Below, piece after piece: positions 50,822 to 62,403 of a stretch of DNA of 64,000 bases. A model generated the notes under the pieces. That model ran no database searches. It was given only the letters and a program-made list of their open reading frames with translations, and was not told where the DNA came from. Position 1 is the first letter of the stretch. Every line of letters begins with the position of its first letter. The DNA is from Candidatus Latescibacterota bacterium (GTDB lineage: Bacteria > Latescibacterota > UBA2968 > GCA-2709665): the NCBI GenBank assembly GCA_965222075.1, contig OZ244937.1, positions 3,776,001 through 3,840,000 of the forward strand. Direction: 5' to 3'. Position numbers and translations under genes: made by a program.

Positions 50822-51673
50822 TCACCGTTTAAACGCCACCCCGAACAAGAGCATATGCCCGGCGGATGTATTGCAGCCCCCTGCAACAGAAACAAGATCC
50901 ACGCCCAGCTCCATCCAATCGGTTAAACGCAAAATCACCCCAGGAGAGAGCTTCAGGATGTTCTGATCTCCAATCAGCTCTACCTCTCCCATTGGGTTGC
51001 ACTCTCCGGACGTATGGATGCCCGACACACTCCCTTTCAACAGCAGCCGATTCAGCATAATACCGGCCTCCAGGAAATACAACACCTCATTGCTGAAAAA
51101 CCCGTCGCGGATCCGGTAGCCGACCTCTCCGGTCACATATCCCGGGAAGGGATATAAAGACCGGCCCAGCAGAAGCCGGACGTCCACATCCGCCTCCTTG
51201 CTGCTCAGGGGAACGCGGGTGCCGTTGTCCTCGCCGTACCACAGCGGGACTTTGCCCCCCGCGGCAACCGAGACAACCAGCGGCTGGCTGGCCAGGCGCC
51301 ACCGCAGGCGCACCTCCAGGTCGCCAAACCCGGACCGCTTCTCCAGCGCGGTCCCCGTAACAACCGAATTGAGATCCCTCAGAGTGCGGATATCCCGAAG
51401 CCGTTTATAGGGCGCCGACGCCACAAGCGTCAGCCGGTCCAGCAGGCCGTACTCCAGATAGGCCGAATAATTGAGGTCTCTCAATTCCCCCATACTCGCC
51501 TTCTCTACCTGCTTGCCATCCGCATCGATATCCTTTGTCGAATTCAAATAGCCCGCTGCAAGCTTGAAATAATAGCCCCCCCACTTCTGGGTCCACGCCC
51601 CGGCAAACGCCGCACACGTTATGCCCCAGGAGACGGTACACACACACACAAAAAGCAGAATTCGACTGGCCAT
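50822..51673 (-). CDS. Exported hypothetical protein, probable beta-barrel
   Basis: Signal peptide then AGAWTQ, YLEYGL, GFGDLEV; amphipathic strands; aromatic residue near the C-terminus. Confidence 0.6.
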   Translation of the reverse strand: MASRILLFVCVCTVSWGITCAAFAGAWTQKWGGYYFKLAAGYLNSTKDIDADGKQVEKASMGELRDLNYSAYLEYGLLDRLTLVASAPYKRLRDIRTLRDLNSVVTGTALEKRSGFGDLEVRLRWRLASQPLVVSVAAGGKVPLWYGEDNGTRVPLSSKEADVDVRLLLGRSLYPFPGYVTGEVGYRIRDGFFSNEVLYFLEAGIMLNRLLLKGSVSGIHTSGECNPMGEVELIGDQNILKLSPGVILRLTDWMELGVDLVSVAGGCNTSAGHMLLFGVAFKR

Positions 51674-51677
51674 GGCG

Positions 51678-52436
51678 TCACCTCCGATCTAAGATCTGTT
51701 TCATATTCTCCCAGAAAACCTTCTTCTTCTGAGCAGCGGTCAGATCCGCGCCCAGCACCTTCCCCACGCCCCCCTCCATCGTCATATCGGTCCCAAACAG
51801 CAGCCGATCCACCCCCAGTTCCCGTGCCGCCATCTCCACCATCCCCGCATCAATCACGCTCCCGCTCGTATCCAGATAAACGCTTGGCGCCTGCCGAAGT
51901 TGCTTAATCGCCCACTCCCAGTCTCCCCCCCCACCGATGTGGGCCTCAATCAGCATCGCCTCGGGATACACCCTGGCAACCTGCACAAAATCCCCCGCGT
52001 GCGACATGTTCGGCTGCGCAGCCCAACTCTCCGGTGTGGTTGGGTATCCCGCGTGCTCCAGGACCGGCACCCGCTCCTCAATCGCCTTTTCAAGCGTGGG
52101 CCGCACCGCCGGATCCCAGATTTTGTACTGATTGTAAAGCTTGATCCCGATCATGCCCCCGTCCAGACACCGGTCGATCTCATCCAGCGTCTCCCGATAG
52201 CCCGGACAGACGAAACAATACCCCAGGATCCGGTTCGGATAGCGCCGCATCGCCTCCAGCATCCCGTCGTTGCAGGCGCGGACCTCCTCCATCGTGGGCA
52301 TCCCTCGCACAATCGGAATAGAGGAACAGAGCTGGTCGATCCCCAGCCTGTCAGCAGCCTCGATAATCAGATCGTTGTCGCCCCAGGACCACGTCACCGG
52401 ACCGCCGTTGACGTGCATGTGACAGTCAATTTTCAT
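51678..52436 (-). CDS. Amidohydrolase-family protein
   Basis: IDCHMH, GIKL, AHIGGG, YLDTSGS, LLFGTD. Confidence 0.9.
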   Translation of the reverse strand: MKIDCHMHVNGGPVTWSWGDNDLIIEAADRLGIDQLCSSIPIVRGMPTMEEVRACNDGMLEAMRRYPNRILGYCFVCPGYRETLDEIDRCLDGGMIGIKLYNQYKIWDPAVRPTLEKAIEERVPVLEHAGYPTTPESWAAQPNMSHAGDFVQVARVYPEAMLIEAHIGGGGDWEWAIKQLRQAPSVYLDTSGSVIDAGMVEMAARELGVDRLLFGTDMTMEGGVGKVLGADLTAAQKKKVFWENMKQILDRR

Positions 52437-52783
52437 ATCGCTAACCCCTTTCTCGTTCCAAAAACAAACCCGCCAAAATCTAAAGAGCTAAAACCGTGCC
52501 GGATCTCTGTTCCCTGAGAAAATTCGTTGTAACCCATTCATTATAAATATATTGAATATTCCAAAAAAATACAGTGCCTGCCTCAAAAATCTAATGTTTT
52601 AATCAGAGTGTCGCAAAAATCCACAGAATATTGTACACAAGCCGGGCGCAGTGGATATCTCTTCGAGAAATATTAGCCGACGCGCAGGAATTTTCAGGGA
52701 GATGGTAGACGACTGGCTCTACCCATTCTTATGGGAACTTGTGGGAGGAATTATAGCCGAATTTTTAAAATAGTAACAGTCCA

Positions 52784-52950
52784 ATCACTCCCCCCTGGAG
52801 GGGGAGTAATGAGGGGGGTCTGGCGAGGGCAGGATGCCCTCGTTCCCGGGTTTTTCGAAGGCAGGATGCCCTCGTTCCGGCGAGACCTGTCTGCGTGCTT
52901 GCGCGCTGCGCGCAGGCAAGCGCCCGCGCTCCCAGGTTTTTCGAAGGCAT
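52784..52950. repeat. Cluster of REP-like hairpins with a nested insertion
   Basis: CTCCCCCCTGGAGGGGGAG hairpin; GGCAGGATGCCCTCGTTCC twice; GGCGAGA[35-bp insert]CGCCCGCGCTCCCAGG; GGTTTTTCGAAGGCA twice. Confidence 0.7.
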
Positions 52951-53007
52951 GGGGAGGGTGGGCGGTGAGGGGTGCAGGTCTGTGGGTTGTTGCGCGGGCA
53001 GTCCGCC

Positions 53008-54000
53008 TCATTCCATAACCCTCACTGCCTGGCCTCCCTTCTGCGCCGACGCCCAGGCCGCCTCGGTCAGCTGGATCACCCGCAGCCCGCAGATGGCCGG
53101 CACCTGAACCTCATCCCGTCCCAGGATGGCATCCACAAAATTCCGGTCCGGACTGCTGAAACGCGACGGCAAAGGCCCGATTTCCACCGGATCCTGTCCC
53201 CCGTACTTGCAGGTCAGTTTCTCGTTCCGAAGATAGAACACCCCTCTGGAGCCCCAGATCGTGATATCTTCCCATATCCCCGGACCCACGGAATTGCCCA
53301 CCACCGACAGATTGGCCAGCGCCCCGCCCGCAAACCGGATCGACAGCGCTGAATTGACGTCCACCTCCCCGTCAAAATACGCCATAAAGGCCGAAACCTC
53401 CGCCGGGCGCTGGTCGGTCATCCACAGCACCACATCCAGCAGGTGGCTTCCCGAATCATTCAGCTGCCCCCCGCCCGACAGCGCGTGCACCTGCCGCCAC
53501 TTCCCCTGCTGGCTCCGATACCAGTTCTGGTCCTGAAGCGCCGAAATAAACTGCACCTCGCCCACCTCCCCACCCAGAATCTGATTCCGGATAAACCGGA
53601 ACTGAGGGGCGAAATGCCGCTGGTAGGACACCATCAGAATCCTGTCCACCTCCTCCGACCGCGCGATCACCTGCCGGGCGTGGTCCACCGTGCAAACCAT
53701 CGGCTTCTCCGTCAGCACGTGCAACCCCCGGTCCAAACCCTCCATAATCTGCTCAAAATGGAGGGTGTGCGGCGTGGAAATCTCCACCGCGTCCATATCC
53801 ACCGAATCCAGCATCTCCTTATAGTCCGTAAACCTCGGAATACCCTCTGCCCCCGCCAGCCGCTCAAACAGCCTCCCGAAACTCTCCTCGCTCACATCGG
53901 CCAGCCCCACCACCTCCACCTCCCCCATCTCCATCAACCGCCGCAAATGCCCGCCCGCGTTCCCCCCACACCCAATCATCCCAATGCGCACCTTCTCCAT
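53008..54000 (-). CDS. Gfo/Idh/MocA oxidoreductase
   Basis: IGMIGCGGNA, TEKPMV, SGGGQLNDSGSH. Confidence 0.93.
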   Translation of the reverse strand: MEKVRIGMIGCGGNAGGHLRRLMEMGEVEVVGLADVSEESFGRLFERLAGAEGIPRFTDYKEMLDSVDMDAVEISTPHTLHFEQIMEGLDRGLHVLTEKPMVCTVDHARQVIARSEEVDRILMVSYQRHFAPQFRFIRNQILGGEVGEVQFISALQDQNWYRSQQGKWRQVHALSGGGQLNDSGSHLLDVVLWMTDQRPAEVSAFMAYFDGEVDVNSALSIRFAGGALANLSVVGNSVGPGIWEDITIWGSRGVFYLRNEKLTCKYGGQDPVEIGPLPSRFSSPDRNFVDAILGRDEVQVPAICGLRVIQLTEAAWASAQKGGQAVRVME

Positions 54001-54040
54001 CCCATCGCTCCTTTCCGCATTCTGCACCCCTTACCTCCTT

Positions 54041-54370
54041 CGCCTTTCTCCCCCTTTCCTCTCAGGAAAGGGGGCCGGGGGGATAGGTCACTCATACCGC
54101 TGGCTGACGGAACAGTTCGGGTTTGCGGAACAGCCGTGGGAATGACCCCTCCCCCGGCCCCTCCCCGAAACGGGGAGGGGAGAGGGTGCGCCTCATCCTG
54201 TACCCGCCACCTCCACCTTTGCTGCGGGGTACCCGCCACCTCCACCTTTGCTGCGGGGTTGAAGGGGCTTTTCCGCGCGGTTCCGTCCAGCCTGGTGGGC
54301 AACCACGAGGGTTGCCCCTACAAATGCAACGGCGTGGACAAAGGGGATAGGTCACTCATACCGCCCCTAC
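54041..54370 (-). repeat. Inverted copy of the terminal array's hairpin B-linker-hairpin A junction, plus other repeats
   Basis: 54041-54188 is a diverged reverse complement of the array junction; 29-bp direct repeat twice (54200-54257); GTAG-type REP GGGCAACCACGAGGGTTGCCCCTAC (54297-54321); partial hairpin A near 54343-54363. Confidence 0.9.
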
Positions 54371-54412
54371 CCCCGTCACGCGCCCGCTTTTCCAGGCAAC
54401 AATTTCTCTAAC

Positions 54413-54449
54413 AAAAAAGGGCCGCCGGACCAGATGACCGGCGACCCTT
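54413..54449 (-). terminator. Rho-independent terminator
   Basis: AAAGGGCCGCCGG...CCGGCGACCCTTT with a T-run on the minus strand after the stop at 54470. Confidence 0.75.
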
Positions 54450-54469
54450 TAGACCCTTCAAACAGAGCT

Positions 54470-55984
54470 TTACTTCAACAGCAGCATCTTCTGCGAAGCA
54501 GAGAACGAACCGGCTTCAACCTTTGCGATATACACACCGCTTCCCACGCTACGGCCCAGGTTGTCCTTCGCGTCCCACCGGACCTGATAGCGGCCCGCAA
54601 ACCTCTGCTCGTTCACCAGCTGCCGCACCACCTGCCCGGTTGCATCGTAAATCACGATGGAAATCAGGGCATCGCTCGGCAGATCGTAGGAAATCGTCGT
54701 ACTCGGGTTGAACGGATTCGGATACACATTGGTCGCAAACTCGGTCGGCACGTCCACAAACCGGGCGCCCAGGGTGACCTCAACCGCGTTCGACCGGTGA
54801 ATCGTACCGTCTAAGTCTACCTGTTCCAACACGTAAAAGACCTTCTCCGCAGACGGTGGGTTATTATCCACAAAACTGTAGCTCACCAGCGCGTCCGAAG
54901 TTCCGGCGCCCGAAACAAACTCGCCAACGGGCTCATAGGTCTTCCCGTCCACGCTGCGCAGCATCCGCCAGCCCGCGTTATTCGTCTGAGAGGCCGTCGT
55001 CCAGTTCAGCACCACCCGGTCTTCGGCCAACTCCCCACCGAAAGAAGCCAGTTCGACCGGGTTCTCAAGACTGAACTCGACCGTGACCACATCCGTGGTA
55101 TCCATTCCGGAGTAAGCGTAAACACTCACGCTTCCCGCATCTCCCATGCCCTTGGCGTAAACCTTGATCATAGTCCCCGTGGTAGCGAACATCATCCCCT
55201 CCATCATCATCCCATCCTGATCGAGCACGGTGATATCAAACGACCCCATCCTCGAAACACTCCACGAAATTGTATCGCCCACTGCAAAATTTTTGGCCGC
55301 TATCGTGACCGTATCGGGAGGAGCGTCGGCATCCCGCTGGACAGCGACGGGATCGGCGATCATCATGCCGCCCATGTCCAGAATTTCCAGCTTCGGCGCC
55401 TTGGGCTGCTCAAAGGTGATCATGGCCATGGAAACGTCTAAGGAGTCGACCTCAAGTGTTGTTGGGGGGGTCAACGCTCCAATCGTGGCCACGCTCACCG
55501 AAAGGGTCGTCCCTTCGGGAATATCCCGATTGGCAATCAGGGTAAATACCCCAAGGAGCATATTGTCCTTAAAGGAATAGGGCGCGAGGGTCAGCATCTC
55601 TGCCCCTGCATCCCCCATCTTGACAGGTATGCCGGCATCAGGGTCAATCATCAGCGTATCGGCTGTAAAGTTGTCTGAAAACACACCATCCGTATCGTCA
55701 AACCCAAAACCGAAGCCTAACCAACCTGCAGGGGCGTCGCTCACATATATTTCAATGTCCACCGTATCGCCCGCCGCCGGCGGCACAACGCTCGTGACAT
55801 TATCGTTCATCCTGTCGCCGAACATCATGGCCATCATCGAATCATCTTCAGCCGGTGCATAGCCGTCCAGCAACAGCCTCACGCCCTCATAAGGCCCGGC
55901 CTCCGCATGCTGCCCCGCCACAACAAAAGAAAACAGCGCGAAGGCTGAAATAAACCAGACAAATTTCTTCAAATTGAACATCAA
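54470..55984 (-). CDS. Secreted protein with C-terminal FlgD-Ig / sorting-like domain
   Basis: Signal peptide; PVELASF...LNWTTASQTNNAG module; VYPNPFNPSTTISY...SGVYIAK...KMLLLK. Confidence 0.88.
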   Translation of the reverse strand: MMFNLKKFVWFISAFALFSFVVAGQHAEAGPYEGVRLLLDGYAPAEDDSMMAMMFGDRMNDNVTSVVPPAAGDTVDIEIYVSDAPAGWLGFGFGFDDTDGVFSDNFTADTLMIDPDAGIPVKMGDAGAEMLTLAPYSFKDNMLLGVFTLIANRDIPEGTTLSVSVATIGALTPPTTLEVDSLDVSMAMITFEQPKAPKLEILDMGGMMIADPVAVQRDADAPPDTVTIAAKNFAVGDTISWSVSRMGSFDITVLDQDGMMMEGMMFATTGTMIKVYAKGMGDAGSVSVYAYSGMDTTDVVTVEFSLENPVELASFGGELAEDRVVLNWTTASQTNNAGWRMLRSVDGKTYEPVGEFVSGAGTSDALVSYSFVDNNPPSAEKVFYVLEQVDLDGTIHRSNAVEVTLGARFVDVPTEFATNVYPNPFNPSTTISYDLPSDALISIVIYDATGQVVRQLVNEQRFAGRYQVRWDAKDNLGRSVGSGVYIAKVEAGSFSASQKMLLLK

Positions 55985-56064
55985 TCACGCCCTCCTCTTC
56001 ACCTGAAATTCGCCTCTCAGGACACCGCCGGGCAGATCAGCCCGAACCGGTTATAATAAACACA

Positions 56065-56103
56065 GGTATGGGAGCTCCACCAACGGGGTGGAACTCCCAT
56101 ACC
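56065..56103. terminator. Long hairpin after the large secreted-protein gene
   Basis: GGTATGGGAGCTCCACC-AACGG-GGTGGAACTCCCATACC (one mismatch). Confidence 0.65.
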
Positions 56104-56111
56104 AGACGGAT

Positions 56112-59100
56112 CTACTTGAGGAGCATCAACCGCTTCACGTCGTGGAACTTCCCACCCGTCGCGAGCTGGTAGAAGTAAATCCCACTCGACACAGGCATTC
56201 CCCGATCATCCGTACCGCTCCACTTCACCTGGTACCGGCCAGCCGACTGCCGCTCGGCCACCATCGTCCGGACCACCTGACCCAAAATATTGTAGATCTG
56301 GAGGTGGACATCGGAGCCTTCCGCCAGGTTGTACTTGATCGTGGTTTCGGGGTTGAACGGATTCGGGAAGTTCTGGAACAACGCGAACTCGGTAGGCGTA
56401 GTCTCGACATTCAACGCGCCCAGGACAACCATCTGATTCGAGAGCAACTTGTGATCGAATACGATCCCTTCGATAATCTCGAACCGGGCGTTGTCCTCAA
56501 ACTCCTTCAGAACCTTGAAGGTCAGCGTAACGACCGACCCCTCGCCGCTGACGACTTCACCGTCGGCAAGCGAGTTGGCAACCATAATCTGACCGGACTG
56601 CTCAGACTGTTCGAAGAACACCGGCGTCTCACCACCCGCAGACTTCAGCAGGTCGTTCTCGGCCGGCGCCGCCTTTAAGAACTCGAACTTTTCGGAATCG
56701 AAGGTCAGCACAAAACCGAAGCCCTTCAGGGCCTTTGTGTTGGCCACCGAAACATCCAGCGAAATCTGCTGCCCGACCAGCACACGATCGGTGTTGTTGC
56801 TAAGCAACATCTCGGCATCCTCGTTCACACCCAGCCTGGGAACCATAACCAGCTTGGTCGCTCCAATCGGCCGGCCGTTCCGTAAACTGGGCTTTTTGCC
56901 GAACGTGCTCGCGAAATTGACGACGTCCGCAAAGTCGACGACCCCGTCCTGGTTCGTGTCGGCCTGCTCGACATAATTCGCATCCCCGTCGTTCGCACCG
57001 AAGGCACTGGCGAGGGCAACGAAGTCCCGGAAGCTCGGAGTAAAGTCGGTCCGGCCGGGAGACAGATCAACAACGTAGATCAGACTACCGTCGGCGTCTG
57101 TAAAGCTGACATACCCCGTAACCGGCACCGAGAGCATTTCGCTCGGCATCTGGTTGTCCAGATCAGCCGCGTCAACGCGGTAAATCACCATCGAAGCGCC
57201 TTCCGGCACGTTCTCATCTACGAAGCTGGTGGCTCCTTGCTCCACCGAACCCACCATCTCCCAATCCCCGTCGTCCACGCTCCGCCAGACATTGTAGCTC
57301 GCCACGCCGGGGATTGAGACCGCGTGCCCACGGTAGTTGATAAAGCCTACGACCTTATCGTCCGCCGAAGCCAGCCAGTTGAGGGCGATATTTCCGTCTT
57401 CCATCTCACCCTTAAGCTCGGTGACCGCAGCAGGCGGAATATTATCAACCGCCCCTGCCGGCCCCTCGGTAAGGGTCCGTGCAGACATCATGACCACCAT
57501 GGCTCGCCGTCCGGATGCTCTGTGGCACCGTGGGCGTAGCCAGCAGAACGGTCAGGTCGGGATTCATAGGCGCAAAGATAAGATTCTCCTGGTCGCCCAG
57601 AATCGACTTCACATAGTCCTGAGGCGGTGAGAACACATTGGACAGTTCCTCGTACGAAAGCACGCGGTTGGGGTCAATCCCCAGGAACTGCGCCATAAGC
57701 TGCACGCTCTCCCTGCTAAACACCCGCTTGCCCGCTGGCACCCGATCCGAACCGTCTATCCGATCCGAACCCTGACCGCCCGCATAGGCCTGGATGCCCC
57801 ACATTGGTAGGATCGCCGTCAATCACGGGAACCACCGCCCGAACAATGCCGTCATCACTCGCCTCCATCGCCCCAATCGAAGCCCAACTTATCCACTCGG
57901 GCCCCCACCAAAGTATCTCTCTGGACGGCTATACCAGCGCTGTCCTCGACGCTAACCTGGATCTCTCGCCAGAGCCGGTACCCCTCCGCGCCTTCAGAGG
58001 ACGGGAAGCTCGCCATCACGTAGCCGCCCTGGTCGCCATCTCCCAAAGCTCCCTTGTAGTCCTGCACCAACAGGTTGGCCGGCGCAGCCAGCTCTTCGGG
58101 ATCGGGATCGGGATCGGGCTTTGGAATGATTGAGGGTTCTTCCTCGTTACTCCCCTTAGCCCCCCGGGACGCGATAGACCCGTCCGAGAGAGTTGCAACC
58201 GCCCTGACGACTACAGACTCCCCGGGGGGCGCATTGCCTCTGAAGTGCTCCCGTCTCCTTCCACGCCAACCCCTTGCGGTCCATCCGGCAGTGTGATACG
58301 GGTGTTGGGCGAGCCAAACTCGAAGGAGACCTCGTCGAGAATATACTTCGGATCAAGCCTGGAAGTCAGAAATTCCCTTCCCTCGTTGGCATTAATATCT
58401 ACATCTTCATCCCCAATAGTGGAGGTCTTCGTGCTCGGGTTGTCAAGCGAGTCGGTGGGAACCACGTTAATCATAAAATTCCCGGAGTCATCACCGTCCG
58501 GCGTGACACTCACGCGGAATTGGACGAACTCGCCGGCCTCCCAAACGAGGCTATCCCGATCGCCTCCAAAATTCGGCACCCTCTCCATCGTCGTCTCTTC
58601 GGGGGTGTCCTGATCCGTTCTGGTCTGCGTGGACGTGTCCTCAACTTTAACGATAACCATGGCGACAGCCGTGTCGGTGGTCACCGTGATCGTGCGTTTC
58701 CCAAGGTCCCACCCTTTCCTGTTCAGACTCACGGTCCCGTCCATGTTCACCGTGTTTTTGACACCCTCTTCCAAATCTTCCGAAATCGTGAACCTGCCGG
58801 AGTCGGCGAGAACATGCTCCATCTCCTCATTGAGCACCAGGACCGAGACCAGTACATCATTATCCTTCGCCTGGTCGTCATATGTCACCGCTGTCTTTCC
58901 TTTCTCTCCTTTTGTCCGGGCCTCGATATTCAGAGTCAGTTCTTGACCCACAATCGACGAGTCCGGCAGGACCTTGTCGTCGCTGCCCTTCGGGCGCGTG
59001 ACCAAGAACGTATCGGCCACCGGGTTTTTGAACTCTTCGCTGAAAAACAGCGTATCCGGCTCGGTCAGCGTAACATTCCCCGCCTTGTCCCGTGCAAAGA

Positions 59101-61027
59101 TCTGCAGCGTAAACGTCTTGTTGTTATCGTCATCGCCAAACGTAAAGTCGTCGAAACGGTCGTCGACATCGCCCTTCGGGATATCTTTGGCGATACCGAT
59201 CTTGGGTTCCAAGATGGAACCCTGGGGGTCGTCCTTTTTATACTGAAACCAGCGGACCGAGATCGAATCGGCATCTTCGCTAATCGCCAGGCTAACATCC
59301 ACGGTCTCTGTGGTGACCGTATCTATTACGGCCTCCGATTCGGGAAATCGGGGAAAGACGTCCGAGATTTCAAGAGGAACGTTGTCAAATGTGGCCGTTA
59401 CTTCAACCGCCTTACTCTTGTTTCCGACCTCGTCCTCGACCGTGACCTTCACCTTCAACTCATCGCCGTCCGGTTTCGTCTCGTCCTTATCCTCACCTTC
59501 ACCATCTTCACCGTCCGGTCCTTTATAGTCGGTAATTTCAACGATAACGGTGCTATCATCTTCCGCCCTCTTAAGATCCGAAATAGACATCACAGGAGCC
59601 TTCGCCGTCCCCAACGTAACCTCGATTTCGGAGATGTCTTCGTCTATTTTGATCTTCAGCGGGTTCTGACCGAACATATGGTCTTCCATGGTGATGCGCT
59701 TGCCCTCCGTGGTGTCGATATACGCCTCACCAGCGCTCAGCTTGGCGGCCGTGAATCTCCCGCCCTCCTGGGGGTTGACAATATTAACAGTCGGCAGGAT
59801 ACCGTCGACAGTATAGATGAGGGGGTCTGAATCCGCCTCGTCTCCGTTATCAACCTCTCCGTCGGATTGGAAATACGCATCGTTGGCCAAGTTTCCTACG
59901 TCATCTGTGGTAAACGCCAAAAGGCCGAATTTGACGTCGTTCCCAAACGTTTCCGCTTTAGCCTTTACAGGATCCTTTACCAAGACCCCCGTCCTGTCGA
60001 AAGAAAAGGACTCGATCCTATAAAAGGAGGAGTCTTTGTGTACGAGGGCCCTCATGATGCCTTCTGATAAACCCCGCAAAACACCGTTTGACTTATTGTT
60101 ATCCTCAGTTATCATCTTGATGATAGCTTCTATAGCTTCTGGGGATACCATCAAGACTTCGGCACCCTGCCCGGAAGTTAAAACAACCGCATCATCAAGA
60201 ATAGTAGGCATCTGCGTCGCAGTACGCGCGGCCCGAATAGTGCTGATTTGCAGGGTACTGTCAGCGGGGAACTTACGAGTTTCGTCATCTTTGTCTTCCC
60301 CACTCCCCCCAACCTTCCTACTGCCCTTAAGTGCTACACCCGTGACGAACGCATCCTCGGTGTCGCCAGGCCTCGTCAGATCGAGGCTGAACTTCTTCTT
60401 ATCGCCTATTTCTCCTCCCCCCTCCACATCCGTATCATCCGTAGACGAGTTTTTGACGTAAATGAAATCGTCATCGCCTAAGACGTCAGTGCCTGTATCT
60501 TCAGACAACATGGCGCCATCTTCATTTCTCCGCACTCCGTCCTTGTCTCTCCCAGCTTTTGCAAATCTGACGTGGACTTCCAGCGGCGCAGTCTTAGCCG
60601 AAATCTGGTCATCAGTCGGGTCGGCATCAAACGCTTCTTCGCCCATGGCTACAATTGTGACCTTGAAGGTATCCACTTTCGTTCCAACGCCTGGGTCGGA
60701 GTCCCCACCCCCTAAGCCGTGCTCACTGCTGCTTCTGTTGACATTGGGATTAAAACCGGCCGATTTCAAAGTACCAATATTACCAAAGGTAGTAGCAGAA
60801 GAGGCATCCTCTATACCACCCAGAGCCACTTCCACTGTATCAACTTGGCCCAGGATAGCATATACGTAGACCTTAATCTCAGTCCCGATCTTGATGACCG
60901 CGCCAGAATCGGCAGGCGACATGACCTCGATCCGAATATCTCCCATCTCCTGAGCAAACAGATCACCCGACGACGCTCCAACAACCAGAACAAGCGCCAC
61001 ACAGAGGCTTAATACGCGTTTAAACAT
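56112..61027 (-). pseudogene. Large acidic secreted protein (~1600 aa if joined) with dockerin/EF-hand-like, cohesin-like and FlgD-Ig C-terminal domains; frameshifted at 57.5-58.25 kb
   Basis: AGGAGG RBS and signal peptide at 61027; protein-like text continues across several frames in 57445-58210; C-terminal ADTNQDGVVDFADV, LKGFGFVLTFD, QNFPNPFNPETTIKY. Confidence 0.75.
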
Positions 61028-61672
61028 TTAAAAACCTCCTTGAAAAATACTGAAAACCAACAACGGGAAAATTTAAAACAAAACCTGCAAACTTCGGTTT
61101 CTTCATTGAGAAACCCTCCTGAGCGCCAGATGGCCCGGCCTCACACCCATAAGGGGAAAAGGTGCAAGAGTATCAGGAATGCCCACGTCTATGATACATT
61201 ACGAATACCTCCCTTCTTTCCAACGCTTATTTTGACAACCTGAATCTCTGTAAATTTTTGAAATTTCACTGTCGGAAGAATATGCATCCCCATACGATCG
61301 CAAAAATACAACAAATTCACACGCTACAGCCGCTTTTGGTATTTAGAGGGATGAGCTTAAGTATAAGCAACACAAAACCCACTGTCAAGCATTTTCTTAC
61401 CGTTTTCCAACGTCATGCGTGACTTTTTTTCAACGCTTATTTCCAACATGTTACTTCATAAGGGGTCATTCGAGAAAAAATGAGTGCTGTTAAAAAACAA
61501 AGAGTTAAAGAAAAGAAATCACACATCGCGTTTTTTTGCCGTTTGAAAACTTTTTTCTTTAGTCCCGACATCCGCCGAAGGCGCCTTGCCCCCGTATCCC
61601 CCAAAACCCCAAGAGATAGGGGTCTACGGCGCAAACACACAACATAAAGCACTCCCCCGGCAAAACAGACCC

Positions 61673-62266
61673 CTACCCCCGCTCGTGTTCAAGCCGCCCG
61701 ATTTCATCCCGCAGCTTCGCCGCCTCCTCGTACTCTTCGCGCGCAACCGCCTCCTGCAGCTTCGCCTTCAGGGTAACAACCCGTTCCACCACCCCCTCGT
61801 TCCCCCCCATCAGGTGATCCTTTGCGTCTTCTGCGCCTTCCACCTCAACCCCGGCTTCAAACGACTTCTCCACAGCAACCCCGGCCTCCTGAATAACCTC
61901 TTCCTCAACATAAATAGGCGCCCCAACCCGAAGCGCTACGGCAATCGCATCACTCGGGCGGGAATCGATCTCAAGCGTCTGCCCCCCACAGGACAGCGTA
62001 ATTTCGGCATAAAACGTATCCTTGCGCAGGGCATTGATCAGCACCTGCACAACCCGCGCATCCAGGCTGTCTAAAATAGACCGCAACAGATCGTACGGAA
62101 TAGGCCTGGGAGGGGGCTCGTCGTAGAGTTCCATATAAATGGCCGTGGCCTCGAAATTGCCGATTGCGATGGGCAAAAACACCCGATGGTCCTTATCCTT
62201 CAAACAGACCAGAGGACGGTTGCTGTTTGGTTCAAGCACCACGCCAACCACTTCCATCTCAATCAT
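61673..62266 (-). CDS. Bifunctional nuclease family protein (DUF151) with UVR domain
   Basis: LPIAIGNFEA, PRPIPYDL, IDSRPSDAIAVA; C-terminal EEYEEAAKLRDEI. Confidence 0.92.
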   Translation of the reverse strand: MIEMEVVGVVLEPNSNRPLVCLKDKDHRVFLPIAIGNFEATAIYMELYDEPPPRPIPYDLLRSILDSLDARVVQVLINALRKDTFYAEITLSCGGQTLEIDSRPSDAIAVALRVGAPIYVEEEVIQEAGVAVEKSFEAGVEVEGAEDAKDHLMGGNEGVVERVVTLKAKLQEAVAREEYEEAAKLRDEIGRLEHERG

Positions 62267-62403
62267 GCCCGCTCGTCCTTCCTTTGGCATTAGGGCACCA
62301 GGTCAAAATAGCACAGATGTAATATAGAGAGAAACAGAGACAAAAATCAAGCAAAAAAACAAAGCCCCGAAAAGCCCACTCCCCTCGTTACTCCCCCCTT
62401 GAT

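Noticed and set aside
61030-61670. ncRNA or riboswitch in the long AT-rich intergenic region (also 52440-52780)
   Set aside because: No RNA family motif recognised by eye; probably promoter DNA. An Rfam scan would be needed.
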